Positions 10,857-19,401 of a stretch of DNA of 29,629 bases are shown one piece after another. Within the stretch, counting starts at the first letter, position 1; every line of letters begins with the position of its first letter. The stretch spans positions 1 through 29,629 of the forward strand of contig JAYUUO010000213.1 in NCBI GenBank assembly GCA_043754515.1. The letters are read 5' to 3'. The notes under the pieces were generated by a model that was not told where the DNA came from, ran no database searches, and saw only the letters and a program-made list of their open reading frames with translations. The stretch comes from Armatimonadota bacterium. Its GTDB lineage: Bacteria; Armatimonadota; Armatimonadia; Armatimonadales; Armatimonadaceae. The translations under genes were made by a program, and so were the position numbers.

Positions 10857-13502
10857 ATGTGGCATCTACGTTTATTCGGCGAAGTTTCTTTGTGCGCGTC
10901 ATCCGCTGGTGCCTCGCCCGCGACCACGGACCCGCCCCGGCGTTTCCGCGCCCGGAAGTATGCATTGTTGCTATCTTATCTGGCACTGCACGCGGGACGC
11001 GCCCACCGACGGGACTCCCTCTGCGAGCGGTTCTGGGCGGATTCCGAACCGGAAGCAGGGCGAACCTGCTTGCGCACCGCGCTCTCCTCCCTCCGACGCG
11101 TCTTGATAACGGGGGATCCCGAAGCACCGTCGGAGCCGTTCCTCTCCGAAGGGCATGACGTACTGCGTCTGAATCCACGCCTGTTGGTCTGCGACGCGGT
11201 GCTTTTCGAGCGACTGCTGAAACGCGCCGAGGCACCTAACCGAATTCATGCCGAACGCCATGCCCTGCGCGAGAAGGCATTTTCCCTCTATAGCGGCCCG
11301 TTGCTCCCAGGCGCGGACGATTCGTGGGTTCTAGGGGAGCGGGAGCGGTTCGAGATCATTTACGAGCGGGCACAGGCGGATCACAAAGCTGGGGGACGGG
11401 GCACCGTATCGTCGGCCCGCCCCGAAACCGAGCCGTCGCACCTGATCCCCGCCGGATTACCCGCTCTACCGCCCATATCGGTGCGCCTCCCGACACCCAG
11501 TAGCCGCTATTTCGGGCGGGAGAGCGAGCGGCGACAGATCGAGACGTGGTTCTCCGAAGGAACCCGTTTGATAACGATCACCGGCATCGGCGGAATCGGT
11601 AAGACACGGCTCGCGCTTGAGGCGGCGCGGGATATGGTTGCGAAGCGGCGTTGGGGGTTCGTGGCGTTCGTCCCACTCGCGACATGCGCCGATCCCGATC
11701 TGCTCCCCGAGGCGGTATCATCGGCGTTAACACCCGGCACCCGGAGCAAGGAGGCGGCGTGGGGTGCCGCGCCCATGGATGACCTGCTCTCGCTCCTCGG
11801 CGAGCCGCCCGCGCCGGGTCTGCCGCCGTCCTGTCTTCTCATCCTTGATAATGTCGAGCAACTTCTGAGCGGCGAGAACGGCGCGGGCGCGGCGCGGTTC
11901 GCGCGGGCATTACTCACCAGCGTCCCGCGCCTATGCCTGATCGTCACCTCCCGCTCCCCGTTGCGCGCCGAAGGGGAGCGGGAGCTTCCGCTCATGGGCC
12001 TCGCGGACACCGACGCCGCCGCGTTCCTACTTGACCGGGCGCGTAGCGCGGGGCGTCCCGATTGGGGCACCGCGACTGACGCGGCACTGCCGGAGATCGG
12101 CGCGGTTTTGTGTGGCATACCACTCGCCATCGAACTGGTGTCCAGCTGGGCGAGCGTACTATCGCCGCGCCAGATATGCGAGCGGATCGTTGGGGAATCA
12201 GCCACCCTACTCGAGTCGCCGCTCACCTCGGATCGGCGCGGACTTCGGGAGCCGACCCGCCACCGGAGTCTGCGCGCCGCGCTCGAATGGGGCTACGCCG
12301 AGTTACCCCCCGATGTCCGCCGCGTCATGGGCGGCATGGCGGGCGTGTTCCGCGGGGGTGCCACCTTGGGGAGCGTTTCCGCCGTGTTGACAGGAGGCGA
12401 CGAGACGGCGGCACTGCTACACATCGCGACGCTACGGGATCGCTCTCTAATCGGCGTGGCTGACGACGGCATAGAAACCCGGTATCATATGCTCGAAGTC
12501 GTCCGCGAGTGGGCGAACGAGCGGTTCGCCGCCGACCGCGAACCCCTCCCTGTCCTGCGCGAGCGGCACGCGTGTTTATTCCTCGCGCTAGCATCCACGG
12601 ACTCGAGCCGCGCGGGGAGCCTCGACGCCGCGCCCGCGTTCGCCCGCCTCGAGTCCGAGGAGACGAACATACTTTCCGCGCTCGGGTACGCCCTCTCCGG
12701 CGAGCATCTTCCCACCGCCCTGGATTTATGCCGTAGGCTACGCTACTGCTGGTTCGTGCGGGGCAGGAATGGTGCTCGCGCCGCCGTAAATCGCATGCTA
12801 CTGGACGCGTGGGGAACGCGCCGCGCCGCGCTCCGTAGGCATGACCCCGGTTTATATGCGGACCTCGCCGATACCGTCGCGCCTCTGTTGCCTGAAGGGG
12901 AGGCTCACCCGGCATTACAGGAGGCACTGTCCTTCTTCGAGGCGCGGCGGGCGTGGGCACGGTGCGCGGGCATCTGCGAACAGTTGGCGTGGCGGATCGG
13001 TTCACGGGGCGGCGCGGCGGTCGCAGATGGATGGATGGCACGCGGCGCGGCTTTTATGGAGCACGACCCGGACACGTACGGGCTGGAAGTCCTGCTCGCG
13101 AACTGGGCGGGGACATACACCGAACGCGGCGAACACGACAAGGCTCATCCATTACTTGTGCGCTGTTGGAACCTTGCGAGGGCACAGGGGGAGGTGCGGC
13201 GTGGGAACGCGGCGAAGATCGGCCTCGCGCTAGCGGAGCACGCGCTTCGCGACAACGACCCGGTGACCGCCGAACAACTCGCCCGCGAATCCGTCACTGT
13301 TTTTTCCGAACGCGGCGAGACATGGAACCACGCCGAGTCACTCAAAAGTCTCGGACATGCCCTCGCCGCGCGAGATGGTCAGGAAGTAGAGGCGCGCGAA
13401 GTCTGGACCCACGGTCATCGCCTCTACCTCGAATTGGGGGACACGTGGAACGCATCGGTCCTTGTCGAGCACCTGCGGTCGCTCCTCGACTCCGTCTCCT
13501 GA
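10857..13502 (+). CDS. AfsR/SARP-family transcriptional regulator: winged HTH + partial BTAD + STAND (NB-ARC-like) NTPase + TPR
   Basis: W.LRLFG, LLSYLAL, R..L.E.FW, LY.GPLLPG...WV..ER, Walker A GIGGIGKT, Walker B LLILDNVEQ, VTSR, GIPLAIEL, RHRSLRAALEW, RYHMLEVVRE, C-terminal TPR-like helices. TATAAT at 10840-10845. Confidence 0.9.
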   Translation: MWHLRLFGEVSLCASSAGASPATTDPPRRFRARKYALLLSYLALHAGRAHRRDSLCERFWADSEPEAGRTCLRTALSSLRRVLITGDPEAPSEPFLSEGHDVLRLNPRLLVCDAVLFERLLKRAEAPNRIHAERHALREKAFSLYSGPLLPGADDSWVLGERERFEIIYERAQADHKAGGRGTVSSARPETEPSHLIPAGLPALPPISVRLPTPSSRYFGRESERRQIETWFSEGTRLITITGIGGIGKTRLALEAARDMVAKRRWGFVAFVPLATCADPDLLPEAVSSALTPGTRSKEAAWGAAPMDDLLSLLGEPPAPGLPPSCLLILDNVEQLLSGENGAGAARFARALLTSVPRLCLIVTSRSPLRAEGERELPLMGLADTDAAAFLLDRARSAGRPDWGTATDAALPEIGAVLCGIPLAIELVSSWASVLSPRQICERIVGESATLLESPLTSDRRGLREPTRHRSLRAALEWGYAELPPDVRRVMGGMAGVFRGGATLGSVSAVLTGGDETAALLHIATLRDRSLIGVADDGIETRYHMLEVVREWANERFAADREPLPVLRERHACLFLALASTDSSRAGSLDAAPAFARLESEETNILSALGYALSGEHLPTALDLCRRLRYCWFVRGRNGARAAVNRMLLDAWGTRRAALRRHDPGLYADLADTVAPLLPEGEAHPALQEALSFFEARRAWARCAGICEQLAWRIGSRGGAAVADGWMARGAAFMEHDPDTYGLEVLLANWAGTYTERGEHDKAHPLLVRCWNLARAQGEVRRGNAAKIGLALAEHALRDNDPVTAEQLARESVTVFSERGETWNHAESLKSLGHALAARDGQEVEAREVWTHGHRLYLELGDTWNASVLVEHLRSLLDSVS

Positions 13503-13609
13503 CCCGCCGCTACCCGCGGAGCCTCACGCTTCCCCTCGCGTTTGGCTCACGGCGGGCACGTATCCTGACGATATTGCTGGATCAGCAACTACTCGAAAAA
13601 GGAACGCCC

Positions 13610-14761
13610 ATGAAAAGAGCATACGCAACACTGTTCTCGCTTCTCCTCGCGGTATTCATATCAGTCGGTGGTACCGCCTCCGCGCTGACCAAGAATACCA
13701 AAGCCAAGCCGAAGGTGCCGGTGCGAAAGCCGACCGCGATCAAAGGACAGGGACAACTCGTCGGTGGCATCGGCAGATTCGGTGAGATCTATACGCTGAG
13801 GAGCGGCTTTAATTTCTCGATCCTCGGCGCGCGGTACTCGGTGGAGCCGCTCGGAACCTACTCCTACACCAGTCCCCGTGCCGACGAAAAGCTGTTGATC
13901 ATAAATTGCGCCGTTAAAAACGCGAACAAATCGGACGACTGGTTTGGGAGCGGCGGCGGGTTCATCACGGCGGTGGACTCGAAGGGCGGTTTGTACGAGT
14001 CCTCGGATGGATCGTTTTCGCTAAAGAGCGCGGGGCCAAAGACTAAAATCGAGCTACGACCTGGACAGGGTATGGGGCAACCGGCATTGAACGACCCCCT
14101 CTGCATGGCGATCGTTGTTCCGGGTGAGGCGCGTATCGTGAAAATCATCGTAAATCAGCCGCGCCTGAACATCACGGAGGAGGTTTTTCGCTACTACATC
14201 GCCGGTGCCACAAAGGCCGAGGCGGGCGAGGACGGCGACCCTAAGAATCCCGTCGCGCCGCTCCCCGAACCGCTTCGCGACCCATCCGACCCGACGGGAG
14301 CGACCGCCCTGTCCGAGGGGAGAGGCGTGCTCGGTACCGCCACCTGCGACTGGGCTTCGGGCGATCTGCGCTTCCGTGTCAACAGCTTGACATATTCCAC
14401 GGAGGACTGCAACAGCAGGTCGCCCGAGGACGGGAAGCAATGGGCGGTGGCGAATGTCACCATATCGTTCCCACTCCCCTCTGGTAAAGCCGCCGACTAC
14501 AAAGAGGTAACGAAATACTACTGGGTCGGGACCGGGGCCGGTTTCGCAGAACTGCTGGACGCGGACGGCGATAAATACCCCGCCCTCGACTACGGAACCC
14601 GTAAGCAGACCCGGGATGAGCCACTCGCAGACGGTAGCTCCCTTACTCCGGGTGGGGAGTATACCTACCGGATTTTCTTCCCAGTGCCCAAGGACGTAAA
14701 GCTAAAGAAGTTGACGCTCGGCGTAAGCAACGGTCGCAAGTGGGCGTTCGCGGTGAAGTAG
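13610..14761 (+). CDS. Secreted protein with two tandem DUF4352-like (Ig-like beta-sandwich) domains
   Basis: AAAGGA SD then ATG 13610; signal peptide MKRAYATLFSLLLAVFISVGGTASA. Internally duplicated pattern (..D.KG..Y...LRPGQ...VP.EARIVKI / ..DADGDKY...LTPGG...F.VPKDVKLKKL). Confidence 0.8.
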   Translation: MKRAYATLFSLLLAVFISVGGTASALTKNTKAKPKVPVRKPTAIKGQGQLVGGIGRFGEIYTLRSGFNFSILGARYSVEPLGTYSYTSPRADEKLLIINCAVKNANKSDDWFGSGGGFITAVDSKGGLYESSDGSFSLKSAGPKTKIELRPGQGMGQPALNDPLCMAIVVPGEARIVKIIVNQPRLNITEEVFRYYIAGATKAEAGEDGDPKNPVAPLPEPLRDPSDPTGATALSEGRGVLGTATCDWASGDLRFRVNSLTYSTEDCNSRSPEDGKQWAVANVTISFPLPSGKAADYKEVTKYYWVGTGAGFAELLDADGDKYPALDYGTRKQTRDEPLADGSSLTPGGEYTYRIFFPVPKDVKLKKLTLGVSNGRKWAFAVK

Positions 14762-14771
14762 TCTACATTCG

Positions 14772-14825
14772 TCGGGGCGGGTACCATCCACCCGCCCCGA
14801 GTAGCCGGATCTTTTCCAGATCCGG
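14772..14825. terminator. Tandem hairpins (terminator or REP-like)
   Basis: TCGGGGCGGGT (14772-14782)/ACCCGCCCCGA (14790-14800) 11-bp perfect stem; CCGGATCT (14805-14812)/AGATCCGG (14818-14825) 8-bp perfect stem. Confidence 0.6.
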
Positions 14826-14832
14826 TGGAGTT

Positions 14833-14841
14833 TGCTATACT
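14833..14841 (+). promoter_or_regulatory. Extended -10 (TGcTATACT) 6 nt before GTG 14848; leaderless promoter
   Basis: TGC-TATACT-GTTCAC-GTG. Confidence 0.65.
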
Positions 14842-14847
14842 GTTCAC

Positions 14848-15159
14848 GTGGAAAACGAACCCCTCGATACCCGTCCCCTTACTGAGCCGTCCTATAACGT
14901 ATACATCGTAAACAAACTTCACTGGCAATGGACTGACGAATGGTACACGATTCAGGACGACACGCCTGTACGAGCCTTCCTATCTCGTCGGGATGCCGAG
15001 CGGGAACGGGATAGTCTCGAAGAACTGGAGCGGGATCGCATCAACGAGGAGGTACCCCGCGATCCCGGCACGTCTTCGCGCCCCCCGTATACTCCCCACA
15101 CCGAGAGTGGCATGCTCGAACCGCTCTACGAAGTGGTCGCCGTGGAGTGCCTACCATGA
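14848..15159 (+). CDS. Hypothetical protein (103 aa)
   Basis: Start reassigned to GTG 14848 from promoter spacing. Protein-like sequence VYIVNKLHWQWTDEWY...PVRAFLSRRDAE...YEVVAVE. Confidence 0.7.
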   Translation: MENEPLDTRPLTEPSYNVYIVNKLHWQWTDEWYTIQDDTPVRAFLSRRDAERERDSLEELERDRINEEVPRDPGTSSRPPYTPHTESGMLEPLYEVVAVECLP

Positions 15160-15705
15160 GTGGAAGAAAGGGCGTCTATTTGCTCCACCTGCGCCACGAG
15201 TACCTGTATGATGGAAGATTGTAGCGGTGGCGATCATGACGGCTGGCGCAACCCGCGCAACGCGCCATATGAACATGCCTTCGCCTCCTACGGAGCCGCC
15301 GCCGCATGGGCTGCGAAGTACCCGCCGATCCACGCGAACCCGTTCGACCACGCCGGTTTTTACGCGGGCCACTCGCGATGGGCCTTCGACTACATCGCGA
15401 ACGAATCGCGACAGGAGGAGGTTCTCTGTTCCGTGTATCGCGACCCGGAGGAGGAAGCCAGCGTTCCCTGGGATGAAGTTATCGTGGACGCGGGAGGTGA
15501 AATTGCCACCTCGCTCGCTCTCGATTGGCTCCGGAACTTCATCGGAGTGACACCGCCTTCCCTCGAAACGTCGTCGCGCCGCGACACCTGGCTGACCTGG
15601 TGGAAGAACGGCGCGGGCGGCACAAGCGACGACCAGAAGCGGGACATCTGGCGGTTCTTCGCGCCGCGCCACTACCTCATTATTCGCGTCGAGCTAGCCG
15701 TGTGA
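15156..15705 (+). CDS. Hypothetical protein, probable paralog of upstream gene; probable +1 frameshift near 15213
   Basis: ATG 15156 overlaps the previous stop (ATGA) and reads MSGRKGVYLLHLRHEYLYD before TAG 15222-15224. The long frame (15160..15705) carries AFASY..A, NPF, W..WW, YLIIRVEL. Confidence 0.6.
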
Positions 15706-15787
15706 ACAGATCGAGCGGGATGATTTTCCATTCTAGAGCCCGAGCCGATGAGCAGAACTGGCAACAGAACGGGTACACTCCGTCATC

Positions 15788-16192
15788 ATGACGAAAAAAG
15801 AAGCGGCGAGTGTTGACAACGAAGGGCGGTTCTGGGGTAGTATCCTCGCGGGTGCCCTACTCGGGTTCGCCGTCGGCGGGAGCGTCGCGCTCCTGTACGC
15901 GCCGAAGTCGGGGCGTGAGTTCCGGGGTGATCTGGAGGAAGCCGCGGACACTGCTCGCGAGCGTGCCGAGGCGACTCTCGACGACCTCCAGGAGACCGCG
16001 CTAAGACTCGCGCAAACCTCGCGCTCTCTGCTGGATGAGACGCGGGAGAACCTGGTGCGGTCAGTGGAAGCTGGCAGGGAAGCCTACGAGCAGAAGCACC
16101 AACAGATGACCCGCGAGTTGGAAGAGAAATTGCAACGCGATCCGGGCACCAACGCGCCCGGCGACGCGAGTACAACGGGTAGCGGCGCGTGA
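15788..16192 (+). CDS. YtxH-domain general stress protein
   Basis: GALLGFAVGGSVALLYAPKSGRE.R signature followed by coiled coil. Confidence 0.9.
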   Translation: MTKKEAASVDNEGRFWGSILAGALLGFAVGGSVALLYAPKSGREFRGDLEEAADTARERAEATLDDLQETALRLAQTSRSLLDETRENLVRSVEAGREAYEQKHQQMTRELEEKLQRDPGTNAPGDASTTGSGA

Positions 16193-16244
16193 GTCCGCTC
16201 TTATAGAATTGAACACTTAAATCACAGAAAGAAGACGAACGTTT

Positions 16245-16610
16245 ATGGAATCGGCGGCAAGCATGAACCTTAAAGTAACCCCGTCCCTGGTGCGCGAGGG
16301 CGTAGTCGCTCTGGAGCTGGAGGGTGAAGTGGATGTGTATACGGCTCCCCTGCTCCGACAGGAGATCGTGGATCAGGTCGAAAAGGGGACGAAGTTTTTG
16401 CTCGTCCACCTGGAAAAGGTGGAGTATCTGGACTCGACGGGTCTCGGCATCCTAATCGGCGGCGTTAAGCGGCTCAAGGAGCAGGACGGCGCGCTGAAAC
16501 TCGTCGGACCCTCGCCGCGCATCGCGCGCATCTTTGACATCACCGGGCTGAACCGGATTTTCGATGTTTACGCGACGCAAGCCGACGCTCTCGCTGCGAT
16601 AATCGCGTAG
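16245..16610 (+). CDS. rsbV: Anti-sigma factor antagonist (STAS domain, RsbV-like)
   Basis: GEVDVYTAP.LR, YLDSTGLG (phospho-acceptor Ser), RIFDITGL; alternative start 16263. Confidence 0.92.
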   Translation: MESAASMNLKVTPSLVREGVVALELEGEVDVYTAPLLRQEIVDQVEKGTKFLLVHLEKVEYLDSTGLGILIGGVKRLKEQDGALKLVGPSPRIARIFDITGLNRIFDVYATQADALAAIIA

Positions 16611-16635
16611 AAACCACAGGAGATAACACAGGAAT

Positions 16636-17136
16636 ATGAACCGCGAACTACTTGCCGCCGACGAGAACGCGATCGGCGGGGCGACCACCCCTGCCCGCGT
16701 TATCGAATCGTCTTACGTGACGCTGACCATCCCCTGCGCCGCTGAGTACGTCGGCACTGCCCGACTGACCATCCTCGGCGTCGCTTCGCGGATGGGCTTC
16801 TCCTACGATCAGGTGGAGGATATTCGCTTGGCGGTCGGGGAGGCATGCACGAACGCTATAGCGCGCGCCGAGGCGATGGCGCAACCATCCGCGCCGACGA
16901 TCACGATCCGCTCCCTTATCGAACCGGATCAACTGATAGTCGAGATTGAGGACTCGGTCGCCAGCACGACCAACCCGTCCGCACACGCTGGGGAAGGTGG
17001 GGAGGATGAGGTGAACCCCGCGGAGCTCGGCGCGCTCCTGATGGAGATTCTGGTGGACGAAGTGACCCTGCGCTCCTCCCCAACCGGGACGCACGTTCGC
17101 CTGACCAAGTACGCAACGCTGATCCCCGCGATCTGA
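16636..17136 (+). CDS. rsbW: Anti-sigma factor, RsbW-like (HATPase_c fold)
   Basis: IP..AEYV..ARL...GVASRMGFSYD.VEDI.LAVGEACTNA, LVDEV, GT.VRLTK; lies between rsbV and the sigma factor. Confidence 0.88.
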   Translation: MNRELLAADENAIGGATTPARVIESSYVTLTIPCAAEYVGTARLTILGVASRMGFSYDQVEDIRLAVGEACTNAIARAEAMAQPSAPTITIRSLIEPDQLIVEIEDSVASTTNPSAHAGEGGEDEVNPAELGALLMEILVDEVTLRSSPTGTHVRLTKYATLIPAI

Positions 17137-17148
17137 GAAGACCGAACC

Positions 17149-17994
17149 ATGAACTTTACCGATACCGGCTCCCCCGAAGTCGGCTCCCCACCACCGCCCG
17201 ACCCGAGCGAAGCCGCGCCGACGCCCCCCCCGGTCGCACGCGTGGTCTCGACAGATCCTGCCGAGCGTCTTTTCACCGAGTATGCCCGAACGGGTGACCG
17301 GCGTTTGCGCGACCGACTCGTGTCTATGCACCAAAATCTCGTTCGCTACCTGGCCTCTAAGTTCGCCAATCGGGGCGAGCCGCTCGAAGATCTGGTACAG
17401 GTCGGAAACATAGGGCTGGTGAACGCGGTGGACCGCTACGAAGTCGGGCGCGGCAACAAGTTCTCGACCTACGCCACCCCCACCGTGGTCGGCGAAATCC
17501 GCCGCTACTTCCGCGATAAAGCCTGGAGTCTGAAGGTGCCACGCCGCCTTCAGGAGTTGAATCAGGCCGCTAACAAAGCGGTGGATTCCCTCTCGTCGAA
17601 ACTGGGCAGATCTCCCACCATCGCCGAGATCGCGAAGGCGATTGGGGCGACCGAGGAAGAAACGCTTGAGTCCATCGAACTCGGCAACGCCTACGAGACG
17701 GTGTCGCTCGATACGCGTATGTCGAACGAGTCCGATTCCGCGCCGATGACACTGAATGAGTTCATCGGCGGCGAAGACCAGAACCTTAAGAACCTGCTGT
17801 CGCACGGCGACCTCGCCGCAGCACTAGAGAAACTGGAAGAGCGCGAGGCGGCGATCATCACGCAACGGTTTTTCGAGGATCTGTCTCAGGCCGAGGTTGC
17901 GAAGCGGTTGAACATCTCGCAGATGCACGTCTCCCGCCTCCAGCAACGCGCCCTCGCTAACCTGAGAAAACTCCTGGCCGAACAGGAGTTCTGA
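17149..17994 (+). CDS. sigB: RNA polymerase sigma factor, SigB/SigF/SigG family
   Basis: EDLVQVG.IGL..AVDRY, FSTYATPT.VGEIRRYFRD..W...VPRRLQE, SQ.EVA.RL.ISQMHVSRL. Confidence 0.93.
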   Translation: MNFTDTGSPEVGSPPPPDPSEAAPTPPPVARVVSTDPAERLFTEYARTGDRRLRDRLVSMHQNLVRYLASKFANRGEPLEDLVQVGNIGLVNAVDRYEVGRGNKFSTYATPTVVGEIRRYFRDKAWSLKVPRRLQELNQAANKAVDSLSSKLGRSPTIAEIAKAIGATEEETLESIELGNAYETVSLDTRMSNESDSAPMTLNEFIGGEDQNLKNLLSHGDLAAALEKLEEREAAIITQRFFEDLSQAEVAKRLNISQMHVSRLQQRALANLRKLLAEQEF

Positions 17995-18004
17995 GGGGTA
18001 CTAT

Positions 18005-18622
18005 ATGACTCTGTCCCTGCCGCCTACTTATCCCCCGACATGGCCCGTGACGTTTGGTGGGAACGGCAACTACCCGCGCAAACGTTGGACGGTGGAAGAA
18101 TGTCGGTTTCTACAAAATAGCGGATTGCTCGGTGATGGGCACTACGAGCTGATCGAAGGGGACATCGTCTTCAAAATGCCGCAAGGATTCGCGCACAAAA
18201 CATCCGTGACCCTGCTAGTGGCCGCGCTTGGCAACGTGTTCGGTGCGCTTCATCTTCGGAATCAGGCGGATTTTGGGGTCGGTCTCCGGGATGCGAACAA
18301 CGAGCCGGAACCTGACGTCACGATTCTGCGGGGCACCGCCCGCGATTACGCCCGCCGTGAGCCACTCCCTGAAGAAGTGCTTCTCGTCTGCGAAGTTGCT
18401 TCGTCTTCTCTGATCGGAGACCTGTCGGTAAAGGTAGGCGTGTACGCGCGCCAGGCGATTCGAGAATACTGGGTTCTCGATGTAGAGGGGCGGGAACTAC
18501 ATGTGTTTCGCGGCCCGCGCGACGGCACCTACGCCGAGCATGAGGTGCTCCCGGAAACCGACGCGGTGTCTCCGCTCGCCGCGCCGTCCTCTATTATACG
18601 TGTCGCTGATCTGCTCCCCTGA
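18005..18622 (+). CDS. Uma2-family (PD-(D/E)xK) endonuclease-like protein
   Basis: WTVEE, YELIEG, PEPDV, EVA.SS, K...YA...I.EYWVLD. Confidence 0.9.
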   Translation: MTLSLPPTYPPTWPVTFGGNGNYPRKRWTVEECRFLQNSGLLGDGHYELIEGDIVFKMPQGFAHKTSVTLLVAALGNVFGALHLRNQADFGVGLRDANNEPEPDVTILRGTARDYARREPLPEEVLLVCEVASSSLIGDLSVKVGVYARQAIREYWVLDVEGRELHVFRGPRDGTYAEHEVLPETDAVSPLAAPSSIIRVADLLP

Positions 18623-18661
18623 GGGAGACGGAGCAGAACATGTTCCCGTGACCACGCCCCG

Positions 18662-19401
18662 TTAAAACCGCCAGTAGATCCCTCCGGGAAGCGTGAGAGT
18701 GCCGAGCGCGAACTCTATGTGGAGCACGCGCCGCCGTGCGCCGGGGCGTGTCACGGGTGACGACGCATGCGGGAGCAAGGGGCGAAACACGAACGCTCCC
18801 CCTCGGGGGTGGCGCAGACAACCTCGGGCGTAACTACCCGATGCCGGGCGATATCGTCCGCCGAGAGCCGTCCGTGGCGATGAGATCCGGGCAGTACGCG
18901 TAACGCGCCGGTTTCTTCGTCGCACGGGTCGAGATGAAGCCGCGCGGTGACAAGCCGCTCCAGAACATCGCGCGGTGGCTGGACGTGCGGCACTCCCTCT
19001 TTGACCGACCACGCCGTGTAACCGGGGGTAGGGGTGGACGGACGGGCTTGTACCGCGACACTCAAATCCTGGTGAAAGGGTACTTTCCAATTCGCGCCCA
19101 CGACGCCGTCCGCCGTCTTGTCGAACAGGATGCCGCGCACGGGGCGGAAGCCGGCTCCCTCCCCGGTGACGTCGCGGAGCAGGTTTCGGAGCGCGGGCGA
19201 GACCGCTACCTGCCGCGCGGCGGGGATGTTTGAGAGGATATTACGGATCCCGCCCGCGCCACTCTCGACGGGAGCCGCGAACGCCGCGCGTAGTTCGTCC
19301 AGCACGGCAGTGGATAAGACATCGGTGACGCACACGAAGCCGTCCCTATCCAGGCAATCGGCAAGGCGGGTTACTTCGCGGGCATCACGAGGCATGGTCA
19401 T
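18662..19401 (-). pseudogene. Phytanoyl-CoA dioxygenase (PhyH) family protein, frameshifted at homopolymer 18798-18802
   Basis: LDRDGF, FDKT..ANWKVPFHQD, RLHLD, GALRVLPGSH in one frame; GGAFVFRPLLPHASS...RRVLHIEF in the other. One extra G in the G5 run would join them. ATG overlaps the upstream stop (ATGA). Confidence 0.85.

Noticed and set aside
12953..13609. N-terminal 219 aa of the 602-aa ORF
   Set aside because: Overlaps the STAND gene out of frame; SD and signal peptide mark the real start at 13610.
15752..15779. SigB promoter for ytxH (GGGTAC at 15771-15776)
   Set aside because: No GTTT at the required spacing; TACACT fits a housekeeping -10 better.
16648..17805. 385-aa antisense ORF across rsbW-sigB, and similar shadow ORFs elsewhere
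   Set aside because: Expected by-product of GC-rich codon bias; no motifs; opposite to well-supported genes.
18636..18645. Palindrome GAACATGTTC as a LexA box
   Set aside because: Spacer is 2 nt rather than GAAC-N4-GTTC, and it lies between convergent gene ends.
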